Source: a bacterium HR24
GTDB lineage: Bacteria; Chloroflexota; Dehalococcoidia; SM23-28-2; HRBIN24
Assembly (NCBI GenBank): GCA_002898715.1
Contig: BEIA01000001.1
Location: forward strand, 1,994 to 65,993
DNA length: 64,000 nt
Direction of reading: 5' to 3'
Part shown: in pieces, positions 30,798 to 40,707 of the stretch
Layout: each line of letters begins with the position of its first letter
Position numbering within the stretch: position 1 is the stretch's first letter
Notes under the pieces: generated by a model
The model's input: only the letters and a program-made list of their open reading frames with translations
Database searches by the model: none
What the model was told of the DNA's origin: nothing
Position numbers and translations under genes: made by a program

Positions 30798-31225
30798 CTC
30801 CCCTCCCCCTCGTCCTCCGGCCCCACGACGACGAAGGCCAGCCGCTCGCTGCAGTAGCCGCAGTACCTCTGCTGCGGCGGCCTATCGGGGTCGAACTCCC
30901 GCACCTCGACAATGACGGGCGTCGCCCCTGCCCCTTCGACGGCGCGGCGGCAGCTCTCGCAGAGGTCGCGCCGGGCCACTATCCGCGCCGGCCCGTGCGG
31001 GCAGCAGATGCCTGCCTCCTCCCAGCGCAGCAGCATCTCCAGCCGGCACCGGTCCGGCTCCCCGTCCAGGTCGGCGAAGGCACGAGCGCAATACTCCTCC
31101 AGCTCCCGCACCCACTCCTCCATGCCGTCCTCGTCCCGGCGCACCAGCGCCGCCAGGTCGTAGGCAGGCAGCCGCTCCCCCACCCGGTAGTGCCTGTCCA
31201 GCACGGCTATGACCTTCGTCTCCAA
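30794..31225 (-). CDS. Hypothetical zinc-finger-like protein
   Basis: 143 aa with CCPHGP...CESCRR and CGYCSERL cysteine pairs; stop/start overlap with neighbours. Confidence 0.4.
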   Translation of the reverse strand: METKVIAVLDRHYRVGERLPAYDLAALVRRDEDGMEEWVRELEEYCARAFADLDGEPDRCRLEMLLRWEEAGICCPHGPARIVARRDLCESCRRAVEGAGATPVIVEVREFDPDRPPQQRYCGYCSERLAFVVVGPEDEGEGR

Positions 31226-31252
31226 GGCTCTCCCCTCCTCCTGCCTTGTGTC

Positions 31253-33922
31253 CTACAGCTCGTACTCCGAGTCCTCCACCTCGCGCACCCCCGTTGGCAG
31301 GACTAGGCCCGGCCCCTCGCCGGCCGGCATCCTGGCCGCCATGAGCTCCCGCACCTTCGCCTCCACCTCCTGCCGGGGCCGGCCGTAGCGCTCGGCCGAC
31401 CGGCGCCGCACCTCCTCGGCCCGTCCCTCGTCGGGCAGGGGCGGCGGCAGGAGACGGAAGCGGAAGGTGGGCATCGTCTCGCCCTCGCTCCACCAGCGGG
31501 CGTAAGCCTCATGGTCGGGCAGCGACACCAGGTCCTCCACCTTGACGCCGTGGCCCAGCTCCTCCTGGAGGTAGCGCGCGTCCTGTGCCGACACGGTGAA
31601 GACCGTGAGACCATCGATGTTGGCAAACACCATGGGCGCCAGCCGCTCATCGTACTGCTTGAGCCTCTCCAGGCTCTGGGTCACCAGCACCAGCGACAGG
31701 CCGTACTTGGCCAGCTCCGACAGCATGCGCCCGAAGTCGGCTGCCCCCAGGGTGGCCGACTCGTCCACCAGGGCTACCACCCGCTGCCGCTCCTCCCTGG
31801 GCATCCGCACCTGCTCCTCGATGAGGCCCGCCACCAGGTTCAGCAGGCTCGCCCCTATGAGCATGGCGCTGCCCTCGCCCAGGTCGCCCACGGGCACGTT
31901 CACCACCAGCACCCCACCCCCGCGCAGCACCGCCCGCGGGTCCACCGTGGAGCTGGGCTGCCCCACGAACAGCTTGGCCGCCTCCGTCACGCCCCAACGG
32001 GTGACGCGGTTGACGATGGGCTGGGCCATCTCCAGGCGCCGGCTGGGCGGCTGGTCCTCGAAGTTGGGCTTCCACCACCCTATGAGCCCCTCGTCGGGCA
32101 CCTGCTTCAGCACCTCCTCGCGCCGGAAGGTCTGGTTCATGATCATGGGCACCACGTCCAGGATGGTGTACTGGTCCTCCCCCCTCCGCACGCGCGCCTC
32201 GTTGGCCATGTGCAGGCATGCCACCGCTGCCCGCAGCAGCCCCTCCATCCTGGCGCCCCAGGCGAGGGGGTAGAGGCGGTGGAACATGGAGATGATGCGC
32301 TCCACCTGCAGGTCCCGCTCGGGGAAGAGGCGCACGTCCAGCAGGTTAAGCCCCACCGGCCTCCTCAGGCCCTCGTGGCTGAAGTCCAGGTAGGCCACTC
32401 GTTCGGCCAGCGCATCGGGCACCAGCCCCGTCACGGCCCGCGCCAGGTCCCCGTGGGGGTCCACCACCAGCAGCGAGAGCCGCTCCCCCCGGGCCATCTT
32501 GTTCATGACATAGGCGGCGAGGTGCAGGAGCAGCGAGCTCTTGCCCCGCTGGGTCTTGGCCACCACCAGCTGGTGCTTGCCCAGCATGTCGTCAGGCATG
32601 TGGACCGGCATCTCCCGCCCCTGCCATATCACCATCCCCACCTTGCAGCCCGATGGCGCCGTGGCCCCTCTGGGCAACACCATCCGCGCGCCGGCAGGGC
32701 GGTACAGGGGCAGCGAGGCGTCCAGGTGGAAGAGCAGCGCCGCCTCCCCCGACCCGAGGATGTCCCTCCTCCCGGGCGGCGACGGCGCCATCGCCCTCTC
32801 CCCCTTGAGGACCCTCGGGACGAGGGCGCCGCCGGCCGGGTGGGCCACGGACCGGGCAGCGTCGGCCTGCCGCTCCACCAGCGCCAGCAGCCGCTCCCGT
32901 GCCCCCGGCCCGGCCGGCCCGATGGCCGCCACCCTCAGGTCGGCAGCGAAGAGGGCACCGGCCAGCATCTTCTCCTGGGCCTGCTCCGCCGTCAGGCCCG
33001 AGTCGCGGGTCAGCCGGCCCCAGGCATAGAGGGCAAGAGGGGTGCCGACGAGGGCTACCGCCCCGAGGGCCAGCAGCTTCTCCATCTCCCCCTGCCGGTA
33101 GAAGCTCATCCCCAGGAGCACGCCCATGAGCAGCAGGCCCCCCAGCACCAGGGTGACGGCGTCGTTCACCGGGCTCTGCCACTGGTAGTGCAGCCGCGCC
33201 TGGCGCATGTAGTCCTGTCGCATCTTGTGTCTGAGTATGACCTGGCGCAGGTGGGCGGCGATGGCGGCCGGTGCCGGCGACAGGTCCAGCCGCAGCACCG
33301 CCCGCTCCCGCGGCTGCAGGAGGCCCATCACCGCCACCGGCAGGGGCGGCGGCGCGTCGCTCAGGGCGTAGGAGATGGAGAGCTGCGACAGCGACGCCCT
33401 CGCCCCGGGGCCCATCTCCACCCGCGCCAGGGGGGCAAGCCTGCCCGGCCGCAGCTGCAGCCGCGCCGCTGTCATCTCCTCGCCCTCCCTCTTCGACCAC
33501 GGCGACCATCGCGCCTCCTCCACCTCCGCCTGCGGGTAGGCCGCCGAGAGGGCCGTGAGCGCCTGGCGGGCGAACTCCGCCGGCGCCTCGATGAAGTAGC
33601 GCAGGCTGCCGTTCTCGGCCGCCACCATGAGGGCGCAGGACGGCAGGGAGGCGAGCCCCGCGATGAGCCACTCCGCCCGCCGCGCCGGCTCCACGTCCAG
33701 CCGCGAGGCGAACACCTCGTACGTCACCATGCCACCGGCTGCCCCTGCGCCGGGGGTGCTGCCTGCCTCCTCCTCTCTGTCCAGGAGCAGTGCTCTCCCC
33801 TCCCGAGGCGGCCGGTCGTAGAGGGGCTCGTCCAGGGCGGTGTAGCGCAGCGCGTCCTCTATGGGCCGCTCCTTCTCCCATGAGAAGATGCCGGCATCGT
33901 CGGTCGGGTCCCACCTGCTCAT
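31253..33922 (-). CDS. T4SS coupling protein (VirD4/TraD/TraG-like, TraG-D_C/AAA_10)
   Basis: N-terminal TM helices, Walker A QLVVAKTQRGKSSLLLHL, Walker B RVVALVDESATL, C-terminal TraD-like region; start at MSRWDPTDD (33922) preceded by GGGAGGGAGG. Confidence 0.8.
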   Translation of the reverse strand: MSRWDPTDDAGIFSWEKERPIEDALRYTALDEPLYDRPPREGRALLLDREEEAGSTPGAGAAGGMVTYEVFASRLDVEPARRAEWLIAGLASLPSCALMVAAENGSLRYFIEAPAEFARQALTALSAAYPQAEVEEARWSPWSKREGEEMTAARLQLRPGRLAPLARVEMGPGARASLSQLSISYALSDAPPPLPVAVMGLLQPRERAVLRLDLSPAPAAIAAHLRQVILRHKMRQDYMRQARLHYQWQSPVNDAVTLVLGGLLLMGVLLGMSFYRQGEMEKLLALGAVALVGTPLALYAWGRLTRDSGLTAEQAQEKMLAGALFAADLRVAAIGPAGPGARERLLALVERQADAARSVAHPAGGALVPRVLKGERAMAPSPPGRRDILGSGEAALLFHLDASLPLYRPAGARMVLPRGATAPSGCKVGMVIWQGREMPVHMPDDMLGKHQLVVAKTQRGKSSLLLHLAAYVMNKMARGERLSLLVVDPHGDLARAVTGLVPDALAERVAYLDFSHEGLRRPVGLNLLDVRLFPERDLQVERIISMFHRLYPLAWGARMEGLLRAAVACLHMANEARVRRGEDQYTILDVVPMIMNQTFRREEVLKQVPDEGLIGWWKPNFEDQPPSRRLEMAQPIVNRVTRWGVTEAAKLFVGQPSSTVDPRAVLRGGGVLVVNVPVGDLGEGSAMLIGASLLNLVAGLIEEQVRMPREERQRVVALVDESATLGAADFGRMLSELAKYGLSLVLVTQSLERLKQYDERLAPMVFANIDGLTVFTVSAQDARYLQEELGHGVKVEDLVSLPDHEAYARWWSEGETMPTFRFRLLPPPLPDEGRAEEVRRRSAERYGRPRQEVEAKVRELMAARMPAGEGPGLVLPTGVREVEDSEYEL

Positions 33923-34854
33923 GTCCTCCCTCCCTGTGTCTCCAGCGCTGCCACGGCCAAGCGGTCTATGACGGCCGCCACCTCCTCGCCCCCCCAGAGC
34001 CAAGTGTGGAGGCCGCGCAGGCGCGAGCGGCGCATGCGCAGCCACCAGCGCGCCTGGGCTGCCGACAGGGCCCCATGGCCGGCAGCGCCGCCGCCGTACC
34101 GCCTGGCCCAGCGCCGCAGGAGCGGCCTTCTCGCCCAGACGCATGCTATGGCCGTCAGGAGCAAGGCCGGCACGGCTGCAGCAGGGCATGCCCAGAGGAA
34201 GGCGCTTGCCGGCAGCGTGGCTATGATGGGCGCCGCCGACAGGCCCACCACCAACAAAGCTAAGGCCGGCCGCCACTCATCGGTGGTCGCCCACATGGCC
34301 GGCCCCAGCCGCAGGGCATCGACCGCCTCCGGGGCCATCGCCTGGGCGCTGCCTGCCAGGACGAGCACGGTCCCGGCCAGCACCGTGACGCCCGCCGCCG
34401 CCCTCAAGGCCCGCCCCTCCGCCGGGACGGCCCAGGGCATGGCCACCACCTCCAGGAGGGTGCCTGCCGGAAGGCGTGGCCTGCCGGTGATGGTCCAGTG
34501 CGAGAGCCGCCACCAGAGGCGCCACCAGCCGACGGCCCCGGCCCACACCAGAAGGGGGACCGCCGCCCGGACCGGAAGGGATGCCGCGGCCGGCAACCTG
34601 GCGCCGATGACCTCGCCCGCCGCAAGGGGGGCGGCCAGGAAGAACAGGGCGAGCCCGGCCGCCCGTTGCAGCGCCGGGCCGTCCCAGCTCGCCTGCAGGC
34701 CCTGCCATGCCACCTGCGAGGCGCCCGGGCCGAGGAGGACGGACGCGGCTGCGACCGCGGCGACGGCCCCCAGGCGCCAGGCGGCCCTTCCCCGGCCGCC
34801 GCTCCTGCCGGGCGCCGCCCCGCCCGTTCCCACTTGGCCTCTCCCCGTCCTCAT
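33919..34854 (-). CDS. Polytopic membrane protein (conjugation-associated)
   Basis: Repeated hydrophobic helices (LALFFLAAPLAAGEVIG, AVPLLVWAGAVGWWRLWW, LALLVVGLSAAPIIATL, AVPALLLTAIACVWA); 4-nt overlap with the coupling-protein start; start taken at MRTGRG. Confidence 0.5.
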   Translation of the reverse strand: MRTGRGQVGTGGAAPGRSGGRGRAAWRLGAVAAVAAASVLLGPGASQVAWQGLQASWDGPALQRAAGLALFFLAAPLAAGEVIGARLPAAASLPVRAAVPLLVWAGAVGWWRLWWRLSHWTITGRPRLPAGTLLEVVAMPWAVPAEGRALRAAAGVTVLAGTVLVLAGSAQAMAPEAVDALRLGPAMWATTDEWRPALALLVVGLSAAPIIATLPASAFLWACPAAAVPALLLTAIACVWARRPLLRRWARRYGGGAAGHGALSAAQARWWLRMRRSRLRGLHTWLWGGEEVAAVIDRLAVAALETQGGRT

Positions 34855-35504
34855 GGCGCCCCTAGCTCCGCCCGAGGGCATGCCAGCGGGAGCGCGCCTC
34901 GGTGGCGGCGAGCAGCGCTGCCCTGTCCTCGGCCCGTCTGGCCGCCCTCTCGACCGCTCCCATGACCAGCTCCACCGACAGGGGCTCGCCCACCGCCTGG
35001 GAGAGCCTGATGGCCCATGCCACCTGATGGGGGATCTCGCCCTCCCTCCCCACCAGCAGGTCCAGCAGGAAGGAGACGCCTGCCCGGAAGCCGGCAAGGA
35101 AGGCCGCCTCGCCGCCGACGCAGCGGCACACGGGACCATCCCGGTTACGGCTCACGGCAGCCTGCTCCCCCGGGCCGGCTGCTCCCCGCATCGTGCTCTC
35201 CTCGGCCATACGCTCAACCCCACCCGACACATGTGCAGCGCTGCCATCGCCCCTGCCCCCGCCAGGGCGGCCGGCCACCAGCGCAGCCAGACGCCTGCCG
35301 CCCCCATGTGCCCGGCCGCCAGCAGCTCGCCGCCGGCAAGGGGCCAGAGGACCGCCGCCGCCGGCGCTGCCAGGAGGCCGTGCCGCTCGCCTGCCGCTGC
35401 GGCGATGGCTGCCGCCGTCCCGCCCAGGGCCTGGGCGGCGATCCCCAGCGCTGCGGCGGCGCAGACCATGGCCCCGAGAAGCCTTGCCGCCCTCCGCCAC
35501 GCCG

Positions 35505-37370
35505 TCACGACTCTCCCTCCAGGCCTCGCCCCGGCGCCTCCCCGCAGGGGCCGCGCCCCGACCTGCCCCATGCCCTGCCGGCCTCCTGCATGGCCGCCAG
35601 CTCCCGCGGGTCGGTGGTGCACAGGGCGTGCTCCTGCGGGCTGGCCACGATCCTCACCGCCGCTCGCGACCCGAGGGCCATCATCAGGCCCTCGCCCTTG
35701 TCGCACGACAGCAGGAACTGCCGCTCCTGCGGCGAGAGCTTGAACACCTCCTCCACCAGGTCCATCACCGCCGGGTCCTGCCGCATGAGGAAGGTGACGG
35801 CCACGTTCTGCAGCACCGCCCTCCCCTCCTCCGCCATGAGCATGTCGGCCACGTCCTGCGAGACGACCGTCAGGCCCAGGTAGTGCTTTCGCGCCCGCCT
35901 GGCCAGTGCCGACAGGAAGCGTGCCCCCTCCCGGTGGCGGGCCAGCGTCCACGCCTCGTCCACCAGGAAGATGCGCGGCCGGGGCCGGCGCCTCACCTCC
36001 CGCCAGACGTGGTCGGCGATGAGGTAGAAGACGATGGGGCGCAGCTCCTCCTCCAGGTCGCGCACGCCGAACGCCACCAGGGGCCGCCGCAGGTCCACCG
36101 AGGTCGGCTCGCGGAACAGGTGGGCATATGCCCCCTCGACGTAGCGCACCAGCCGGTCGGCAAGCCCGTAGGGGTTGCCCTGCGCCCGCAGCACCTCGTA
36201 CAGGTCGGCAAGCAGCGGCGCCGGGCGGCGGTGGGTGTGCGGCTCCCTGGTGATGCCCGCCCGCCGATAGGTCTCGCGGATGGCCACGTCCAGGGCACCC
36301 TGCTCCCGCGACGACAGCACCTCGCCGGGGGTCGTGATCATCAGGGAGACGAGCCCCTGCAGGGCCGCCACCCGCTCGGCCAGCACGTCCTCCCCCTCCT
36401 CCAGTGGCCGCTCCGGCAGGTCGAACGGGTTGATGTGCGCCGCCCTCGCCCCCGACAGGGTGATGAACTCTCCCCCTACCGCCTCGCACAGGCGCCGGTA
36501 CTCGTGCTCAGGGTCGACCACGTAGTACTCGATCCCCAGCAGCAGGGCGCGCAGCGCCTCCACCTTGCAGAAGTAGCTCTTGCCCGCCCCCGACTTGGCG
36601 AAGACCACCTTGTTAGCATTGGGCAGCTCCCTACCGAAGGGGTCCAGCACCACCAGCGAGTTGCCCTGCAGGTTGATGCCGTAGAGGATGCCGCTGCCCG
36701 TGCCCAGGTGGGAGGACGCGAACGGGAAGGAGTAGGCGAGGGTGGTGGTGTCCACGTTGCGTCTCCTGCCCAGGTAGTCCAGCCCCAGCGGCGCTGCCGA
36801 CAGCAGCCCCTGCCACTGCTCGTAGAGGGCCGGCCGGATGGCCGCCAGCATCCCCTCCAGGGCGGCGGCTGCCTGCCGCTGGCGCATCTCCAGGTCCGCC
36901 TCGCCCTTGCCCCTGAGGAGGACGTAGACGCGCAGCGAGTAGGCACGCTCGTCGCCCCTGGCCAGCGCCTCCCGCAGGCGCGCCACGTCCTCGAACGCCA
37001 CCATGCGGTAGGCCTCCTCTACCCGCCCCGCCTTGGCGTCCAGCATGCGCGAGCTCTGCAGCTCCGACAGCTTGCGCGTCAGCTGGCGCACGATGGGGCC
37101 TGTCGGCAGCGGCTCGATGTGCAGGGAGACGTCCACCGGCTCCTCCATGTCCAGCAGCGGCAGGAGCCAGCCGGCACTTACATGCCTGGGCAGGGCCGAC
37201 ATGTAGCAGGCGCGCACCCGCTCGCGGCCCTCCACCAGCAGGTGGTCGCGCCCTATCTCTATGGCCGTGGGCGCCGCCAGGTCGGCAACGCTGCGCCCTC
37301 CGCGGGCGGCGGCGCCTGCCCGGGGGCCTTCGGTCGCTCCCAGCGCCTTCTTAACTAGCCCGTAGAACAT
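35505..37370 (-). CDS. VirB4/TrbE/ConE-like conjugal transfer ATPase
   Basis: Walker A VVFAKSGAGKSYFCK, Walker B RIFLVDEAWTL, CagE_TrbE_VirB-type organisation; 621 aa. Confidence 0.85.
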   Translation of the reverse strand: MFYGLVKKALGATEGPRAGAAARGGRSVADLAAPTAIEIGRDHLLVEGRERVRACYMSALPRHVSAGWLLPLLDMEEPVDVSLHIEPLPTGPIVRQLTRKLSELQSSRMLDAKAGRVEEAYRMVAFEDVARLREALARGDERAYSLRVYVLLRGKGEADLEMRQRQAAAALEGMLAAIRPALYEQWQGLLSAAPLGLDYLGRRRNVDTTTLAYSFPFASSHLGTGSGILYGINLQGNSLVVLDPFGRELPNANKVVFAKSGAGKSYFCKVEALRALLLGIEYYVVDPEHEYRRLCEAVGGEFITLSGARAAHINPFDLPERPLEEGEDVLAERVAALQGLVSLMITTPGEVLSSREQGALDVAIRETYRRAGITREPHTHRRPAPLLADLYEVLRAQGNPYGLADRLVRYVEGAYAHLFREPTSVDLRRPLVAFGVRDLEEELRPIVFYLIADHVWREVRRRPRPRIFLVDEAWTLARHREGARFLSALARRARKHYLGLTVVSQDVADMLMAEEGRAVLQNVAVTFLMRQDPAVMDLVEEVFKLSPQERQFLLSCDKGEGLMMALGSRAAVRIVASPQEHALCTTDPRELAAMQEAGRAWGRSGRGPCGEAPGRGLEGES

Positions 37371-38067
37371 CGCCCTTCACCTGTCCTCTCCCATTGGTGA
37401 GCGCAGGGGTAGCCATGTGCACCGGCAGCAGCTCCGCCGCTATGTCCTGGGGCAGGGGCGCCGACGAGCCCAGAAAGTCGTGCAGGACCTGCACCAGCTC
37501 CTGTCCCGAGAGGCGGCGGCAGGGGATGCCCAGCGAGACGAGGCCGGTCAGCACCTGCTCCACCCTCATCTCCAGCAGGCGCAGGGTGCTCTCCAGCTGC
37601 TCCTCGGCCAGGCGCGCCGCCTCGTCACGTCTCCGAAAGGCCAGAAGGCCCTTGAGGAGCGACGGCGACGGCGCCGCCAGCGGCGGCAAGGGGTCTGCCG
37701 CCACCACCACGTAGATGCGCCGCTCGAGGATGGTCCTCTCCTGGGCCAGGCGGCGTACGAACGCCTCGTGCTCCACCGCCAGCCGCTTGAGGACGGGCGA
37801 CATGAGGAGCCCCTGCCGGGACCGCAGGTGCGCCAGGTAGTCGTCCACCGGCGCCGGCATGCTGCGCACCACGATCTGCAAGGGGAAGGAGAGCGAGTGC
37901 AGGAACGCCCGGAAGGAGGCCACCATCGCCTCCTGCTCGGCCGGAGGCCGGAGCACGAAGTTCACGGGCCTCGCCTCCAGGGCTGCCCTCGCCCTTCCCC
38001 CTTTCAGCACTATGCAGCCCTGACGCACGCCGGCGATGGGCAGGAGCTCCTGTACCGCGCCCGGCAT
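37351..38067 (-). CDS. Hypothetical conjugation protein (possibly VirB4 N-domain-like)
   Basis: Start MPGAVQELL directly after the upstream stop; weak resemblance to the N-terminal domain of the adjacent VirB4 (PVNFVLRPPAEQEAMVASFRAFLHSLSFPLQIVVRS vs VDVSLHIEPLPTGPIVRQLTRKL). Confidence 0.4.
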   Translation of the reverse strand: MPGAVQELLPIAGVRQGCIVLKGGRARAALEARPVNFVLRPPAEQEAMVASFRAFLHSLSFPLQIVVRSMPAPVDDYLAHLRSRQGLLMSPVLKRLAVEHEAFVRRLAQERTILERRIYVVVAADPLPPLAAPSPSLLKGLLAFRRRDEAARLAEEQLESTLRLLEMRVEQVLTGLVSLGIPCRRLSGQELVQVLHDFLGSSAPLPQDIAAELLPVHMATPALTNGRGQVKGDVLRAS

Positions 38068-38069
38068 CG

Positions 38070-39797
38070 CTAGCTGCCTCCCCCCGTCAGACGCCCGTAG
38101 CCGGGGGCCTGACGGATGAACTGGGAGATGTCGCCTGACCGCACGTAGTCCTCGTAGGCCTGCCTGGGCACGTCCACCGCTATGTACCGCGATGCACCAT
38201 AGGCTACGATCCGTGGGCCCCACTCGCGGAAAAGGTCCATGAGCGGCTGCAGGCCGGGCCACTCACCATAGGGCGCATAAGCCCTGCCCTCGGGTATGTA
38301 TATCTCCAGGTGGACCTTGTCGACCGTGCCAGGGGGTAGGATGGGCAGCCCCATGGCGTCCACCGGCTGGCCTGGCAGCGGGCCGCCGAGCAGCCCTCCT
38401 TCCTGTGCCGCCCGCTGGACTTGCGCCGCCCCCTCCTTCGCGATGCGCAGGGCATTCGGATAGTCCAGCGCATAGACGATGTTCAGCCACACTACCGGGT
38501 CCACGCCGGCGGGAGGCGAGGGCGGAGCGTCGCTCCAGGGGCGGGCACTCAAGGGGAAGCCAGCCGGGTTGTAGGCCCAGAAGTCACGCGGCGTGCTCGG
38601 CATGCCAAAGCCCAGGCCCCATGTGTACTTCTCCCCCAGGTACCGACGCACCCACTGCCCCAGGGGCGACGAGGCGAACTGCCCTCTTATCTCATTCACC
38701 ATCTGCATCGTCGCGTTGGCGCCGGCAAGGATCTCATCGAGGCTGGGCACGGCCGCTCCGTCGGCTCCGCTGAGGGCTGCGGCGCTGCCGGCAGAGCCTC
38801 CGCCACGTGCATCCTTGTCCCCCTTGGCAGCGGAGGCCTGCCCGCCGCCGGCAGTGGAGACCTGCACCGCGCCGGCCGTGCCGTTGCTGCTGCTGCCGGA
38901 GGCGCTGCCGCCGCCTATCGCACCGCCGGGCGCGGCCGCCACAGCGGTCGGGGCACCGCTGGCTACCTGCTCGCTGCCTCGGCTCTGCTGAGGGGTCGCA
39001 GCCGGGGCGGCAGGCGGGCCGGGTATCTGTGGGGTGGAGAGCCCGTTCGTGCCGGTGAACGCCCACAGGTAGTCGTCGTAGTACGGGTCCGTGATGCTGG
39101 GCTGGAAGGTGTTCACGATGTCAGGGATTTCGTCATCGAAGCCCGCGTACTCCACGGCCGCCACGATAAGCCCCGCCCCTGTCGATGGCCCCGCGGCAGC
39201 CGTCTGGCTGCCCCCGCCGGCGCCGGCAAGGACCTCGCTGGCTCCCTGGCTGTATGTCTCCCCTGCCGGGGTTGCCAAACCGGCCGTCGGCAGCGGCGCG
39301 ATGCCGATGACGTGGCCTTGCTCTACGGCAGCGGCCGGCGGTGCAGCCGGCTTCGGCACTACCTGCACGAAGGCGCTCAGGAAGACGGCGCCGGCTAGTC
39401 CTCCCTCCAGAAGGCGGCGCAGTGGCGGCACCGTCATCGCCCGCCACACCCTCTCCATCGCTGTCGCCTGCCGAGTATTGCCTCCGGCGGATGCGATGCT
39501 GATGGCGAGCCGCCCGGTAAGCACTGCCCCCAGGTAGGCTACGAGCGCCCAGCCGGCCAGGCTGACCACATAGCGTGCCGCCTCGAGCGGCGGCTCGGTG
39601 GCCGTCAGGGCACGGAGTACGTCGGCGCCGCCGGGCCATGTGGGCGGCGGCCCGGGTGGTGCACCTACGGCGGCCAGTGTGCAGCCGATGGCGGCCGTCA
39701 GGGCGGCTGTGCCCATGAACGTCAGCACCTTTGCCACCCCGACCGCTCCCGCCTCTTCCAGGGCTTCCCGGCGCGCTTCATGTGCGTTCATCCCCAT
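38070..39797 (-). CDS. Membrane-anchored protein with long Gly/Ala/Ser-rich linker and C-terminal globular domain
   Basis: N-terminal TM helices, ~150-aa low-complexity linker (GGGSASGSSSNGTAGAVQVSTAGGG), structured C-terminal domain; position fits a T4SS surface or channel component. Confidence 0.45.
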   Translation of the reverse strand: MGMNAHEARREALEEAGAVGVAKVLTFMGTAALTAAIGCTLAAVGAPPGPPPTWPGGADVLRALTATEPPLEAARYVVSLAGWALVAYLGAVLTGRLAISIASAGGNTRQATAMERVWRAMTVPPLRRLLEGGLAGAVFLSAFVQVVPKPAAPPAAAVEQGHVIGIAPLPTAGLATPAGETYSQGASEVLAGAGGGSQTAAAGPSTGAGLIVAAVEYAGFDDEIPDIVNTFQPSITDPYYDDYLWAFTGTNGLSTPQIPGPPAAPAATPQQSRGSEQVASGAPTAVAAAPGGAIGGGSASGSSSNGTAGAVQVSTAGGGQASAAKGDKDARGGGSAGSAAALSGADGAAVPSLDEILAGANATMQMVNEIRGQFASSPLGQWVRRYLGEKYTWGLGFGMPSTPRDFWAYNPAGFPLSARPWSDAPPSPPAGVDPVVWLNIVYALDYPNALRIAKEGAAQVQRAAQEGGLLGGPLPGQPVDAMGLPILPPGTVDKVHLEIYIPEGRAYAPYGEWPGLQPLMDLFREWGPRIVAYGASRYIAVDVPRQAYEDYVRSGDISQFIRQAPGYGRLTGGGS

Positions 39798-39838
39798 GGT
39801 CCATCCCTCCTTTACCGACCTTTATCGGTGCGCTCTAT

Positions 39839-40306
39839 TCATCCTCTGCTCTCTGCCATCGCTCTCGGCAGAGACCCCTTTATCCCTCTTATCCCTCCGG
39901 CCTGCGCCGTATCGCCTCCTCTCGTGCTCCTCGCTCTCCCTCCGGCGGCGGTCCTACCGCCCAAGACGAGCACCCCCTGCGCCGCCTCCTCGTCTGCCCA
40001 GTCGTTGTCGGCCGGCGTCCAGACCAGCACCCGCGGCGTCGTCCGGTACCTGGCGAAGGCGAGCAGCCAGTCCTCCATCTTGCGCCCGTCAGGCTCTATG
40101 AAGGCCACCGCCAGCGTCGCCGCTCCTATGACGGCCGCTACCAGGTAGCGCAGGGCGCCCGGCAGCGGCAGCGGCGGGGAGAGCACCACTGCTGCCGCAA
40201 AGAAGAGGCCGATGGCCATGACCATGACGTGCCGCACCGTCATGAAGCCGAAGAACACACGGTCCTCCACGTCCAGGTGGGTCGGCACCTCATGTCGCGG
40301 CAGCAT
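39839..40306 (-). CDS. Small membrane protein (VirB3/PrgI/TcpE-like candidate)
   Basis: Two hydrophobic helices (FFGFMTVRHVMVMAIGLFFAAAVV; LVAAVIGAATLAVAFI) in ~155 aa; location between the pilin-like gene and the large membrane protein. Confidence 0.35.
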   Translation of the reverse strand: MLPRHEVPTHLDVEDRVFFGFMTVRHVMVMAIGLFFAAAVVLSPPLPLPGALRYLVAAVIGAATLAVAFIEPDGRKMEDWLLAFARYRTTPRVLVWTPADNDWADEEAAQGVLVLGGRTAAGGRARSTRGGDTAQAGGIRGIKGSLPRAMAESRG

Positions 40307-40330
40307 GGCGCCCTCCCCTCGCCGCTCGCT

Positions 40331-40630
40331 CTAGCCACGCTCCATGCGGGCGGGGTTGCCCTCGGCCGTCATGTAGAGGAACGCTCCCCAGGCGATGAAG
40401 AGGGCGCACAGGGCCAGCGCCACGCCGGTGCCGATGTTGAGCAGGTTGTTGAAGAGCGTGTTGAGCTCGGAGGCCGGCGAGCCCTCGGCGCCTCCGCTGA
40501 CGCCTGGGATGGCGTCCTGCAGCATCCCTGCGATGGTCCGGGCCATAAGGACGATGATGAACCCCACGCCGGCGTTGATCATGGCCGCCTTGCCGGAAAC
40601 GTCCCGCAGGAGCGCATGCAGCCTCCGCAT
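40331..40630 (-). CDS. VirB2/TrbC-like pilin candidate (99 aa)
   Basis: Start MRRLHALL with AAGGAGGTGAAGG RBS; hydrophobic-charged-hydrophobic layout (AAMINAGVGFIIVLMARTIAG ... NIGTGVALALCALFIAWGAFLYM) typical of T4SS pilins. Confidence 0.45.
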   Translation of the reverse strand: MRRLHALLRDVSGKAAMINAGVGFIIVLMARTIAGMLQDAIPGVSGGAEGSPASELNTLFNNLLNIGTGVALALCALFIAWGAFLYMTAEGNPARMERG

Positions 40631-40707
40631 GGCCTTCACCTCCTTTCCCTCTCTCTGTCGCGCTACGGACCGTGTGTCCTCCATGGCGGTCGTCACCTCC
40701 CTTGCGT

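Noticed and set aside
35152-36489. 445-aa minus-strand ORF in an alternative frame over virB4
   Set aside because: It overlaps the VirB4 gene (Walker A/B supported) for most of its length. Only its extreme C-terminal hydrophobic tail is considered, under findings.
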